This document shows, piece after piece, positions 12,585-24,340 of a stretch of 64,000 bases of DNA. Position 1 is the first letter of the stretch; each line of letters begins with the position of its first letter. The position numbers were made by a program, and so were the translations under genes. The stretch is from Squalus acanthias. Its lineage: Eukaryota. Under the pieces are notes generated by a model that worked only from the letters and a program-made list of their open reading frames with translations, searched no databases and was not told the origin of the DNA. The DNA lies in NCBI GenBank assembly GCA_030390025.1, contig CM059433.1, forward strand, positions 3,038,001 to 3,102,000, written 5' to 3'.

Positions 12585-14765
12585 ATTACAAATGAGGAAG
12601 GCCATCTGGGCCCCCTAAATTCATTCATCCAGAGAGATCTTAATGTTCCCCTATTGTAGCATCCAATTGTTCATTAAATGATTCCAGGTTTATTTGCCTC
12701 CGCACTCTTTGGCCAGAATTTTGCCGGAGCTCCGAGTGCGGGTTTGGAGGCGGGTCCGCTGTCAAAATCAAAAAGACTGACAGTGGGTCGGTATCCCGCT
12801 GTAAACCCGCCTCCTTGTCAGTTTCCCAAGTGTCAGGTCTGTCATCCCTGAACAAGCAGCGGGTCAGCCAATTTAGATACTTAAAAGCTTGTTAAAAGGT
12901 AGTTAAGCAGGATTTTGCCATGTACTTATCATTTTACCAGCTTTTTCACGAGTTTCCCGGCGCGCGGTGATCATGTCAGGTAAGTAGGTCGGGTGTTGTG
13001 TCAGCATGGAATGATTTACTAATCTGACAGCTGCAAATGGTCTATGAAAGCTCCCATTTCATAGGTCTTCACTTTCCAAGGTTAGAAGCTGTTGCTTACA
13101 GCATTTGGAAGACAGATTGAGCTTTATGCAGCTTGCAAGTGTTTGGAGCAAACTCTCTATCCAGTGTTACCTCATTGGAACAACATCTCTCACCATTGAC
13201 AGATCGCTTCGGTCATCTCAACCTCACCTGCCATCTATTCCATCAGCATCGGTGCCCTTGAAACTATCTCACCTTGGTCCTCAGAATCCCAACATGATCA
13301 GCTACAACACCAGCATCACCGGACACACCAGGAGCACTAACAACAACACCAACCTTCTCCGCAATCAGCTGATGCTGCACTGGACACAGGGCATCAGCAC
13401 CCGTGCACATTGTTGCCCGGGACACCAGCGATGGCCTCACCATGTCCAGATTTGCTTCACTTAACACTGTACACCCTGACTGCCACATGATGCGCCAGGT
13501 TGGCACCACCCCACACCAACACCATAAAGCATCCCTACAATGTCCAAGCCATTCCTTTCACACTCATCACCATTGGGGTGGCGGGGGGGGTGGGGGGGAG
13601 GGGGGGAGTTATATCTCACCATTCACTGAAACTCACTAAGGTGCACACAAATCTGTCAAAGAACGCAAAGTAGTGAAATAAGGATTTCAATGCTTGACAA
13701 CACATTAACAGAAACTTTACAGGAATGTTGGCTAAAACACCCAAGTGCCTACCCTTGTGTGTTGTTAGTTGGTATGATTGGACTAGGATGAGGGTGAGTG
13801 TGAGGGGTGGCTAGTGAGATGGGGAAGTGATAATGTAGATAGCGAGGGATGGGTGGAGGTGTAAGGTAAGTTGGTGTGAGTAAGGATGTGCAGGAGTAGG
13901 GTAGGGAAGGCAGAGTGATGTGGATGTGATGAGAGGCACAGCAGGATGTGGTTGAGTGTGGCTTTGCATTAACGTTTTGTGATCTACTGAGATCATTGAA
14001 AGGTTTGCGCCACTGCAGCCAGGTCCTCCTGACGACATCCCTGCTTGTGCCCTCCTCTGCAATGTGCAACCAGGCTGTGTTGGTGTCCTGGGGAGGTCTC
14101 TTCTGCCCATCGGAAGGGAATAGAACATCCCTGCATGCTGAGGGAGTCATGGGAGAGCTTGTGTGCAGCCGTGCACCTTTGTGCAGTCATTGTCAGTGTT
14201 TGCAGCACCTCAATGCTGTAGAACACTGACAGCACAAATGTTAAAATGAATGTGGACATGGCCCCTTTAAGGAAACTGGCTGATGACGCATCATCAAATG
14301 ACGTCATCAGACCCGCTTCCTATTAATTGGCCGGGAATCTCGCAGGGTGGGCTTAACAAGCCCAAAATCACTTGGAGGAGGCGGGATGAAGACGGGAGTG
14401 GGGTTTGAGGCCGTCGTCTGCTCCGGCTGCGCCAAACTCGCCACGGCTGGCGAAACCTCGGCCTCTGTGTGAAGAAAATTTCCTGATATCAGCCTTAATA
14501 TTACCTTTTACTAGTTTGAACTCATAACCCCTAGTTTTAGTTCTGGAGTGTAATTTAATTTAATCTTCCTGGTTAACTTCATGTATACCCTAAAAACATT
14601 TTATATACCTCTCGGACGCCTCCTTTCTAGGCTGAACAGCCCATGTCTCACCAATCTTTCCTCATAGCTCGGACCCTGAAACTAGGGATCAACTTATGAC
14701 TCTTCTCTTCATTGCCTCCGTCGTTTGAATGTACCTCATGTTTCTTGGTAATCAAATCTGACTTA
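12585..14765 (-). mobile_element. Old CR1 3' fragment, split by the Harbinger element at 12710-14464
   Basis: GAAGGCCATCTGGGCCCC.. 3' UTR on the left, continuing as CTGTGTGAAGAAAATTTCCT (reverse complement of KFSSHR, a decayed FFTQR) on the right. Confidence 0.65.
12710..14464. mobile_element. Non-autonomous PIF/Harbinger element, second copy of the 4238-5956 family
   Basis: GGCCAGAATTTTGCC / GGCGAAACCTCGGCC termini; minus strand RDVLFPSDGQKRPPQDTNTAWLHIAEEGTSRDVVRRTWLQWRKPFNDLSRS; collinear with 4480-5860. Confidence 0.85.
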
Positions 14766-15251
14766 TAGGGCTAGGTTTTCCTCCGCTGTCCTACCTGAAA
14801 TCAGTTAAGCAGAGGCAGTGTCTAGCTGATCATCCCATTCCCCTTCCATCAGCCCCGATTACTGCTGCTCCCCGGGACCAGCACTGGAAGGTGGCAGTGG
14901 GCCCGGGGCAGCTGCAGCAATGCTCCCCAAGCGGAGTAATGGAAGTAAAGGACCTACTGGAGGCCTCCACTCCCTCCAATTTGGCCTTAACTCACTTATC
15001 TGTCTATGTCTTGGTCTCTGCCAAGGCCTCCAAAGCTTTAGTTCCTGCCACTTTCAGGGCAAACAAGTGGCAGATGGAATTTAATACAGAGAAGTGTGAG
15101 GTGATGCATTTTGGCAGAAGGAACAGGGAGAGGCAATATACACTTAATGGCACAGTTTTAGAATGTGCAGGGACAGAGGGAGCTGGGAGATAATGTGCAT
15201 GGCCCCTGAAGGTGGCGGGACATATTGAGAGAGTGGTTAACAAAGCATATT

Positions 15252-15931
15252 GGGGACAAAAATTGAGTAGCACCCCCTTTGAGGCGCTAACTTCGCCGGG
15301 GCGGTACTTTTAGCGCCCTGGAAAAATTAGCACCCGCGCGATGGCAATTGAGTGGTAGCACCCCAAGAGGGAAGCGGGCTGCTCCTGGAAGCGTCCTGCC
15401 TCCCTCCTGGGGCGCTGCGAGGGAATATCGCGGTGCTATGTGCCGCGGTATTACAGGCCTTCCTCCCCTTCTTAAAGGGGAGGGGCCTTGTGCAGCGTGA
15501 CCCAGGGATCGGGAGTGCTGGCAAAAGACCCCGGCACTCAAGAGAAGTGCCGGGCTTTTGGAGCGCAGCCGGCACTCCGCGGAGGCCGGGGACGGGAGCG
15601 CAGGCGACCAGCAGCAAAAATGGCCGCCCCGCACCTCGCCTTTAAATAGCACCTCCCCGGCCGCAGGTAGGCCCCCCGACCCCGTCGGACATAGCGTCCG
15701 ACGGTAAGTCAGGGGGCGCTCCCGAAGATCGCGGCCGGGGCGCGAGCGGTGCGCAGCGCACGGTGATGACGTCATCGCCAGCAGCGCAGCACCGGGGACC
15801 ACTACCAGTTAGCATCGCCGCTAACCTTCCACTGAATTTCGTGGGAGGCGTTGCCAGCGCCACGCCCGGGCGCTAGTTGCCTTGCGCCCCGTTAGCGCTA
15901 ACAAGGTGCAAAGCAACCGAATTTTTCCCGC
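15252..15931. mobile_element. GC-rich Harbinger-type MITE (family A)
   Basis: GGGGACAAAAATTG / GAATTTTTCCCGC termini; shares GCGCTAACTTCGCCGGGGC..TACTTTTAGCG with 6047-6729. Confidence 0.85.
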
Positions 15932-16562
15932 ATGGAATCTTGGGCTTCATAAATAGAGGTATTGAGTACAAAAGTAGAGAACTTATGCTGAACCTTTATA
16001 AAGCGCTGGTTAGGCCACAACTGGAGTATTGCGTCCAGTTCTGGTCACCACACTTTAGGAAGGATGTGAAGGCGCTTGAGAGGGTGCAGAGGAGATTTAC
16101 AAGAATGGTTTCGGGGATGGGGGATCTTAGCTACAAGGACAGGCTGGAGAAGCTGGATTTGTTTTCATTAGAGCAAAGGAGGTTGAGGGGTGATTTGATA
16201 GAGGTGTACAAGATTATGACGGGTTTGGATAGGCTAGACAGGGAAAGTCTGTTCCCACTAGTTGATGGTACAAGGACTAGGGGACACAGATTTAAGGTTT
16301 TGGGTAAGAGATACAGGGGGGATATGAGTAAAAACTTTTTTACTCAGCGAGTGGTGAGGACCTGGAACTCGCTGCCGACGGAAGTGGTGGAAGCGGAGAC
16401 ACTCAATGTTTTCAAGGGAAGACTGGATAGGCACTTGAGGGAAATAAACTTGCAGGGCTACGGGGATAGAGCGGGGGAATGGGACTGACTGGATTGCTCT
16501 ACAGAGAGCCGGCACAGACTCGATGGGCCGAATGGCCTCCTTCTGTGCTGTTATGACTCTAT

Positions 16563-17285
16563 GGGGGGAAAATTGGGTTGCATTGCGCCTCCCGTTAGCG
16601 CCCTCATAGCAAAGCAACTAACGCCCAGGCGTGGCACCGCCCACTCCTCCTGTAAAATTCAGCGGGATGTTAGCGGCGGCGCTAACCGGTAGCGCCCTGC
16701 GGCGCTGCCGGCGATGACGTCATCGCTGTGCGGAGCGTCCCGCTCGCGCCCCGGACGCGATTTTCGGGAGCGCCCCCTGACTATGTCCGACGGGGTCAGG
16801 GGGGCCTACCTGCAGCCGGGGAGGCGCTAATTAAAGGCGAGGTGCGGAGCGCCCATTTTTGTTGCTGGCCGCCCACCAGCACCTGCCTGCGCTCCCGTCC
16901 CCGGCCTCCTAACCCCCCCCACCGCGGGGTGCCAGCTGCGCTCCGTGAGCCCGGCACTTCTCTTGAGTGCCGGGCTCTTTTGCCGGCACTCTGATCCCCG
17001 GTGGCCCTGCTGGGCCCCGGGTCGCGCTGCGCAAGGCCCCTCCCCTTTAAGAAGGGGAGAAAGTCCTGCAGTACCGCGGCGCGACGTGCCACAGTGTGTG
17101 GAGCTGCGGCACGTAGCGCCACGATATTGACTCACAGCGCACCAAGAGGGATGCGGTGTGCTCTCCAGTAGCGCCCCGCTTCCCTCTTGGGGCGCAACCA
17201 CTCAATTTCCGGCGAGGGGGCGCTAATTTTTCCGGGGCTCTAAAAGTTCCTCCCTGGCGAAGTTAGCGCCCTCAATTTTTAGCCC
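16563..17285. mobile_element. GC-rich Harbinger-type MITE (family A), opposite orientation
   Basis: 13-bp TIR GGGGGGAAAATTG / CAATTTTTAGCCC with TAT TSD inside the CR1 tail repeat. Confidence 0.88.
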
Positions 17286-17454
17286 TATGACTCTTCTGCC
17301 CCTTTAAGGTGCCTCGCCACTTCATGCACCGCTGGAATTTCCTCTCACAGGTTCCTTCTTAGCGGCAGAAATCTGAGGAGAGGATTGCAGCCCCAACCCA
17401 TTGGAACACTGCTGCTCTAAGGAAAATCCAGCCCATATTCTACTGTTCTCACTG

Positions 17455-17790
17455 TGGAAAAAGAAACTTGCATTCACCTTTCATGACCTCAGGATGTCCC
17501 AAAGCACTTTACAGCCAATGAAGTATTTTTTGAAGTGTAGTCAAATGTAGAAAAAGCAGAGGCCTATTTGCAAACAGCAAGGTACCACAAACAGCAATGA
17601 GTTAAATGACCAGATGATCAATACTTTAGTGTGCTGGTTGAGGGATCAATGTTAATCAGGATACTGGGAGAATCCCTGCTCTTCTGTGAATAGTGCCTGG
17701 AATCTTTTATGTCCAACTGAGTAGGCAGAAAGGGCCTCTCAGTTTGCCATCTCATCTGAAAGATGGCAGCTCCACAGTGCAGCAATCTTG
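17455..17790 (-). mobile_element. SacSINE1/DeuSINE-type SINE, diverged and partial
   Basis: Reverse complement of the SINE body seen at 43088-43565 (AAAGCACTTTACAGCCAATGAAGTA.., CATCTCATCTGAAAGATGGC). Confidence 0.85.
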
Positions 17791-18829
17791 AGTAAACTGT
17801 CCTTCGTATGCTCACCTGGCGATCTATCGCATACCCCCAGCACTAGCTGGGATTCAGAGCCCCATGAACGAATATACTGAAATACAACTAAATCATATAA
17901 CTTACAGGTCACTGATTTAAAAATGCACCAAAAAGTTTGCTATCTGTTAAAATATTTCATAAAATTCAAAATAGAAGTTCATTTAACAGCACCTTTAAAT
18001 GTAATTTTCTGTCCAGCTAATTATGGAAAGCATGGCATAGTCTTCATGGTATGGCCTAATCTCTCTACAGTAGCTAGTTATTAAAATAACATCCCCGCTG
18101 TGTGAATAGTCACCGTCTCTTTTTCATTTGAAGAGCTTAAAATGAAAGTTTTTTTTATTCTTAATGAAACTTTGCCAGACTCAGCTGCTGTTCTTCACGC
18201 TCTGTACCGAATGTCCATTATAGAAGGAGCTGCCTGCCTGCCTGAGGAAAGATAACATTCTTATTTTATGGAAGACTTTCTCAGTTTTGCGCACGTACGG
18301 TTTTGTTAAAACGATCCACAGTTTTTTTGGGACATATTCATGGAATATTTCATTATTAACTCAAAACCAGTTTCTTAAAACTCTCGCAAACCACAGCAAA
18401 AATAAAGGGAAACAATCATTATCAGTTGTCACACATGTGCAACATACAGATTGAAATAATCAAATAAGATCCAGCTTATTTTGGAGAAACAGTATTGTGA
18501 TATTATCTTTCTCTTGCTGAGGGCATGTTGGAGCTTCACTGGGAAAGTTTAATGAAATATAAGACAATTAAGATTGGTTCACCAAGATGCAGACAGATAA
18601 TTCTGATGGGAAAGAAAACATTATTAAACGGTAAATCAATTTTCTTAAAATTTCTATTGATGGAAGATTACATCCTGTTTGTGCGAAGATTATCTTCATT
18701 ATCTCGTATTCACATCCCAGCTATGAATGCAAGATGCTTAGGAACACATAGTAGATATTCAACCTTTGAAGTTCATTTTGGTTAAATGCTTAGTCCCTTC
18801 TAGCCTATTTTCACCAAAACTTTTTGATA

Positions 18830-19850
18830 GAGGTACTGAGTGATGTAATGGTCCAGGGCACGATCTTGCCAGCCCTGGGGAGGCGGGTATGGAGGCGGGA
18901 CTGCCGGGAAAATGGCAGAAATTGGGGGCGGGTGCCCCCAACCCACCTCCATGACATCTTGCCAGGAGGCGGGTAGCCGACCCGCGCTGGGTCCCGTCTC
19001 CTTGGAGGCGGGAAGGGATTAAAGCCTATTAACTGCCTGTTAACAGGTAGTTAACAGGCAGAAAATAGGATTATCCCCTTTTTGCCCTCACAAGTGCAGG
19101 CTTCCCAAAGGCTCTGAAACCCGCCAGCTCAGCAAGGCGAGTACTGGGTCTGCGGGGGTCAGGGGGGTGCAAAAGTGTGCTGTGAAGGTGAGTGATGGGT
19201 GCAAGTGTGGAGAGGTGAGTATCTGAGGTAAGTGCAAAGTGTTAGTAAAAGTGTACTTACCTTTGTTTCTTCCTGCAGGCTTCAGTCAGTGGGTATGCGG
19301 AGAGTCTCGCACCTCCGCGGTAGAGATGAGAGATGGCCGTTACATTCTCCAATGCAACAACCATCTCAATTCTGTAAAAGAAAGAGGTTTGATGAGTCTT
19401 GAATTCAAGACCTCATCGAACTACAGAGAATGTCAGTGTTTGACAGCTTCACAGAGCTGTCCGACGATGACAATTCATCTGTCAAAAACTTTTGACAGAT
19501 GAAACATCATACGTTGACGTTCTCTGCAAACGGCTTTCCCTTAATTGGCCTGCTAAGCCCGCTGGGCGGGCTTAACAAGGTCAATCAAGTGAAAATAGCG
19601 TGGGTTGGCCAGAAGTTGTTGGAGGCGGGACTGAAACCCGACAAGTGGGAGTCCCGCCTCCAAAAGCTCCCCATTGGCAAAATCACCCCCTAGGTATTGT
19701 TTTTCAGTCTCAAGGTTCAAATCAAGACCAAACTCATTGGATGGGATAGAAACGTTCTCTATCTGGCAGCTACTGAGCGAAATACTTTTGACCCAGTTAT
19801 TATCACCAGCGGTGATCACATTTGGAGAGAGCATCATAGTGTCTGGTGTG
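18830..19850 (+). mobile_element. Ancient tRNA-derived (LF-SINE-like) SINE split by the Harbinger-type element at 18856-19690
   Basis: The rejoined flanks read GGTACTGAGTGATGTAATGGTCCAGGTATTG..GGTTCAAATC (B-box-like)..CCAGTT..ATCACA. Confidence 0.4.
18856..19690. mobile_element. Harbinger-type non-autonomous element
   Basis: TIR GGGCACGATCTTGCC / GGCAAAATCACCCCC; carries the subterminal TTAATTGGCC..GGCTTAACAAGG motif seen in the other Harbinger copies. Confidence 0.75.
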
Positions 19851-20179
19851 AGAAATAGAAATGTTGACAGTGCTACAATAGAAATCAATCTTTTGAGGCT
19901 GAGGTTTTTGTTTATATCTGACTATGCTGTGACTGCCCTGGGAATGTTTGATGTTGACACTGAAGGGGTAATTTTCCAATTTTCCACCACAGGTGGGAAG
20001 CTCGGCAGCCGGCATTGTGCCTGATTTTCTGAGATGTGTTATTAACCTACAAGGCTTCCTACCAGCAGCTAAAAAATTGGAAAATTACCTTCTGAGTTTT
20101 CAATGCAGAAAAATATTTGTTTTCTGGAGGTTTTCTGCTCTTGCTGGGAACTTGTGTGAATTTCATACGACAACAGGAT

Positions 20180-20719
20180 TGTGCTCCTGGTGTGAGGTTC
20201 CTCGTGGCTGTGCAGCTGCTGTCCTTGTCTGCCTGGGCTCCGACCAGCAGAGTGATCACTTGAACAAGGGATGTTGGTCCACAGTTTTAAGGATCAACTG
20301 TTAGTCAACCTCCTTTTTTCTATGGTTCAGAACGACACGCTTCGAGTAAGCACGAGATACTTGATGGCAGAGTATATGGAATCAACTTTATTCATATACA
20401 GTATAGGTGATCGGCCTAGCTGTATACAGAGAGAGCAGCTTTTCCATTTCTGAATCTTTCGAGCTCTCCAAATAACTGTTGAAAACCATGCTTCTTTATA
20501 CACCTTATTTTGCCTGAATCAAAGGTATATGTCTTCCTGAATTGTTTGAAAACAGTCTATTTAAATAAAACAGTCATAGTTGTTTACTTCAAAGATACTT
20601 CTCTCAAACATGACTTCCTGACCTAACTGTTCTCGAATCCTTTGAGGAGTTTTATTAACAGTCATTTATTTCTTTGCACAAGCATTTCTTGCAGATAATA
20701 CTCAGACATTAAAAGCACA
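20180..20719 (-). mobile_element. Solo LTR (~540 bp)
   Basis: TGTGCT..AGCACA 6-bp terminal inverted repeat; GGAT/AGAT 4-bp TSD (1 mismatch); minus-strand TATAAA (~20495-20500) upstream of AATAAA (~20387-92). Confidence 0.7.
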
Positions 20720-22203
20720 AGATAAGACAATGCGCTCTACACATTAAAACACTTCCAGTAAGCATTCATACATTGGAGGATTGGGATGGCTTATTCTTTG
20801 AGCTCTGCCGGTGAGAATCACACACCTAAGCATGGGTGGTAGCCAGTTTAATTGGCACCTGCACTGGCCAATCCCTAGACAGGAAAGGAGTCAGGAAACA
20901 AACTGTAAAACTTGCTGTCCATGAAGAGTACAAAAGAACAAAGACCTACATGTTCAAGGTCACTTGGTAAGATACTGTGGGAGATAGATACGACCCAAGG
21001 CAGTTACCCTTAAAACACAGCTACCCAAGACCAGAGCAAGTCCTGGTCTAATTCATTGATAGGCTGACAAAAAAATACATATCAATTAGCCTGTTAGCCA
21101 GAATAGGGTGGTACACTTTATTAATGTTCTTATTTATGAGGAGAGACTGACCTAAGTTGAAGTACGGTAAGATTTGTTGTAATTATATTTCTATACGGTC
21201 ACTTAGTGACTGTAAAATAAAACAGCTTAATGATTTGTATCCAGCCTTGTCTTAGTAAAGTGTTGATCAATCGCTTTTCAAAAAATTGGAGCAGTCTGCA
21301 TGAGGACCTTTGCTAAGGATTATGGTACATAATCCATGTAGTAAAGGAGCATCTCAGTTTTACACCTCCCAGAACAATGCTATCATATGTGTAGATATTC
21401 AGTAGAGAAAGAAAGGAATGGAGTCCACTTACAGGAGAGGCCAGTGATGCTTAACCAGGAGAATAACCAAAATAGACCTGACATTTGTAACAGGCACAGT
21501 GACATGAGTGAACAATTTGCATTTTCTCTTCTGCCACCAGTATCTGGCTCTAGATTTTCCAAAGTGCTATATTTTGAACAAGGAAAGCATCATTCATTTG
21601 TTCACACACTCGATTTGATAGTTAATGTACAAATGATTCCAAATAGTCTTTCTGAATCACATTTCCACTTCAATAGTTTTTACAAAGCATATTCACCATG
21701 ATGAAATGTCAATGGCATTTCATGTCTCTCCTTCCAGCTAAATGAAAATCACAGGTGGATAGATAAGAGACATAAAAGCATAGAAAAGTGGTTTTCTGAT
21801 AAAATGGCAATAAAAATAAGAATACTTTTAAGTAAACACAGACGGATGTGAAGAAGCTTTAACCCTCATCAAGTACCATCGAACTCCATACTGAAATGAA
21901 TTGAAACTAAACAGATAACTATAGGTTAAATTTTCATCTTCAAGTCACGGCTGGTAATCTGGTGCAGATCACCCGACAGTAATAGAATCCAGCTTCATTT
22001 CTGGCAACATCAAGGAAGCTTTTTCCTCATCATAGGCTCCAATGGGGTGTGTGGCAACTTCATTGGAATCTATGATAAGCTATAATCAGAAATAGCATTG
22101 GGCCAGTTAGTTACTCTACCTCCACGGAAACACAGACTGCTGCCCTGGTGACTGGAAGGGACAGACTAGACAATACTCTCTTCACACTGGTTTCCAGACA
22201 TCA

Positions 22204-22453
22204 GGGCCGGAATTTTACCAGCGCTCAGGGGGCGGGATTGGAGACGGGACATCCGGCAAAATCGCAAAGATTGACAACTGACGTCATGTGACACCGGCTT
22301 CCTCTTAATTGGCCGGCAAGCCTGCAGGGTGGGCTTAACAAGGCCAATTGACGCAAAATCACGTTTGTGTGTCTGATGTCATTGGGGGCCGGTCTGGGAC
22401 ACGGAAGGCAACTGTCCCGCTCCCAAGCCGCCTCGAACTGAAAAATCGAGCCC
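22204..22453. mobile_element. Short Harbinger-type MITE
   Basis: GGGCCGGAATTTT / AAAAATCGAGCCC termini; shares CTTAATTGGCCGG..GGGCTTAACAAGGCCAAT with the longer Harbinger elements. Confidence 0.75.
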
Positions 22454-22466
22454 TGGTTGTCAGGAT

Positions 22467-22850
22467 ACGGGTACGGTAGCATAGTGGTTATGTTACTGGA
22501 CTAGTAATCTAGAGGCCTGCAGTTCAAATCCCACCACAGCAGCTGGGGAATTTAAATTCAGTTAATAAATAAATGTGGTATTAAAAAAAAAGCTAGTATT
22601 AGTAAATGTGACCATGAAACTATTGGATTGTCGTAAAAACCCATCTGGTTCACTAATGTCCTTTAGGGAAGGAAATCTGCCGTCCTTACCCAGTCTGGCC
22701 TATATGTGACTCCAGACCCACAGCAATGTGGTTGATTCTTAACTGCCCTCTGAAATGGCCTAGCGAGACACTCAGTTAAGGGAAATTAGGGATGGGCATT
22801 AAATGCTGGCATTGCCAGCGACGCCCACATCCTGTGAATGAATAAAAAAA
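22467..22850 (+). mobile_element. tRNA-derived SINE sharing its 3' tail with the Zenon-like LINE
   Basis: A box TAGCATAGTGG (~22477), B box GTTCAAATCC (~22522); 3' end AATTAGGGATGGGCA.TAAATGCTGG..GCCAGCGACGCCCACATCC matches 10744-10791. Confidence 0.85.
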
Positions 22851-23094
22851 AGGTTATAGGCTGCTGTCTTTCAGGATCTGATAGCTGGTAGCACTTACTA
22901 TTAAGAAAACGGAAGGAGTTAATTGTAGGAGCTTGCAAAGCCATGTTAGTGTCATCTACTTCACTCTGCACTTTGGAGAAACCAATAACTTGTTAAAACG
23001 GCATGGCTCTAGCATGCTGCTGTCTTGCTAAACTAAATGAATTCCTGAACTATCCTGAGAAGTGTGTCATTTACCCGATGAATTTATGCCTGCA

Positions 23095-23495
23095 GTGTCA
23101 GAGTTGGCTCACACTCACCTCTGAGTCAGAAGGTTGTGGGTTCTAGTCCCACTCCGAGGGAGTGCTGCACTGTCGGAGGCGCCGTCTTTCGGATGAGATG
23201 TTAAAACCGAGGCCCCGTCTGCTCTCTCAGGTGGAAGTAAAAGATCCCATGGCACTATTCAAAGAAGAGCAGGAGAGTTATCCCCGGTGTCCTGGGGCTA
23301 ATATTTCTCCCTCAACCAATATAACAAAACAGATTATCTGGTCATTGTCACATTGCTGTTTGTGGGAGCTTGCTGTGCGCAAATTGGCTGCTGCGCTTCC
23401 CACATTACAACAGTGACAGTACTTCATTGGCTGTAAAGCGCTTTGAGACGTCCAGTGGTCGTGAAAGGCGCTATAGAAATGTAAGCCTTTCTTTT
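23095..23495 (+). mobile_element. SacSINE1/DeuSINE-type SINE with internal deletion
   Basis: CCTCTGAGTCAGAAGGTTGTGGGTTC head, GCCGTCTTTCGGATGAGA..AAAGATCCCATGGCACTATT Deu domain, L2-like tail. Confidence 0.92.
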
Positions 23496-24340
23496 CACGT
23501 CACCCTCTGTGATATTGCACAGGTCCTCTGTGGCTGCTTGAAATGAACCTCCAGCTTAAGGATTGAGTGCGGTCCTCACTTTCACAGTCACAGGCCGAGC
23601 TGTCCAGGCAGATGGTCTTGGCTGGTGGACTTCACGTAGTAGCTGGCAAAGTTCCCCATTGCCTCTTTGGTGAAGCACACTCGCCTAACTCAGAGCTCCT
23701 CACTGACATCTTCATAGGATCAGTGTAGCTTGTAAATTCTTTTGGGGGACAATATCTCGTAGGATGCATCTTCCTCATAGACTGTCTCATGCTGCTTTCC
23801 TCCATCATGCACTGCTCCTCCTCCTCCTTCATTATAATTGCAAGCAAAGGAATGCCCATTGGGAATGCCATACTGATTCCTCCGAAATTCTCATGGTGAG
23901 ATATCCCTATGGTCTCACAGGCCCACCAGTTATCAAAGACAAGTGCAGCTCCGTCCATGTAGAAAGATAAAAAAAATTGTTTTCTAGCTCCAATAATCAC
24001 TGTTCAAAGTTTCTTCAGTCTTCAGGCTCCAAAGTAAATCAATTCTGCTGGTCTCAACTGTTACTGGCAACAGGTAGGCTTTATGTTAAATAATTCTGAA
24101 TTACCTCTGGTGAGTTGTAAGCATAACTTCGGGGATTTCGGCACGCCACCGGCAGAGGCCCTCATTTAAATATATTTAAATGACCTCAGTGGTGAAACGG
24201 CGGGCGGATTGTGGGCTACTGAGGAACCTCAATGGAGATTGCAAATTGGAACCCTGCCATTAAAGGGTGGAAACCTGGTTGAATCAGGTCCAGCCCTAGA
24301 ATGCACCTCGTGAAATGCAGGCAAGCTGAAATAGCCCCCC
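23496..24340 (-). mobile_element. Harbinger element remnant with HARBI1-type transposase N-terminus
   Basis: Minus strand (frameshifted) ..RSYEDVSEEL*VRRVCFTKEA..VTVKVRTALN..GSFQAATEDLCNI, matching the HARBI1-family RSYL.MSEEQC.RRLRF / VKVT.ALNF..GSFQ motif; GAAATAGCCCCC terminus. Confidence 0.75.

Larger units (their letters stand above)
15059..17295 (+). mobile_element. CR1 3' fragment interrupted by MITEs at 15252-15931 and 16563-17285
   Basis: [61 protein letters not shown] tail; imperfect 14-bp TSD CTGCCACTTTCAGG / CTGCCCCTTTAAGG. Confidence 0.9.
14768..17434. mobile_element. Harbinger-type MITE hosting a nested CR1 and two further MITEs
   Basis: TIR GGGCTAGGTTTTCC / GGAAAATCCAGCCC; ATA TSD at 14765-67 and 17435-37. 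Confidence 0.8.

Noticed and set aside
19553..19888. Signal-peptide-like ORF MISIVALSTFLFL..
   Set aside because: Starts at TTG, runs into a transposon terminus and overlaps the antisense of a SINE-like relic; no recognisable family.
22029..22076. Short strong hairpin (ATCATAGGCTCCAATG / CATTGGAATCTATGAT) as a pre-miRNA
   Set aside because: Only ~48 nt, and CATAG..CAATG palindromes are typical MITE-internal motifs; adjacent to a MITE fragment.
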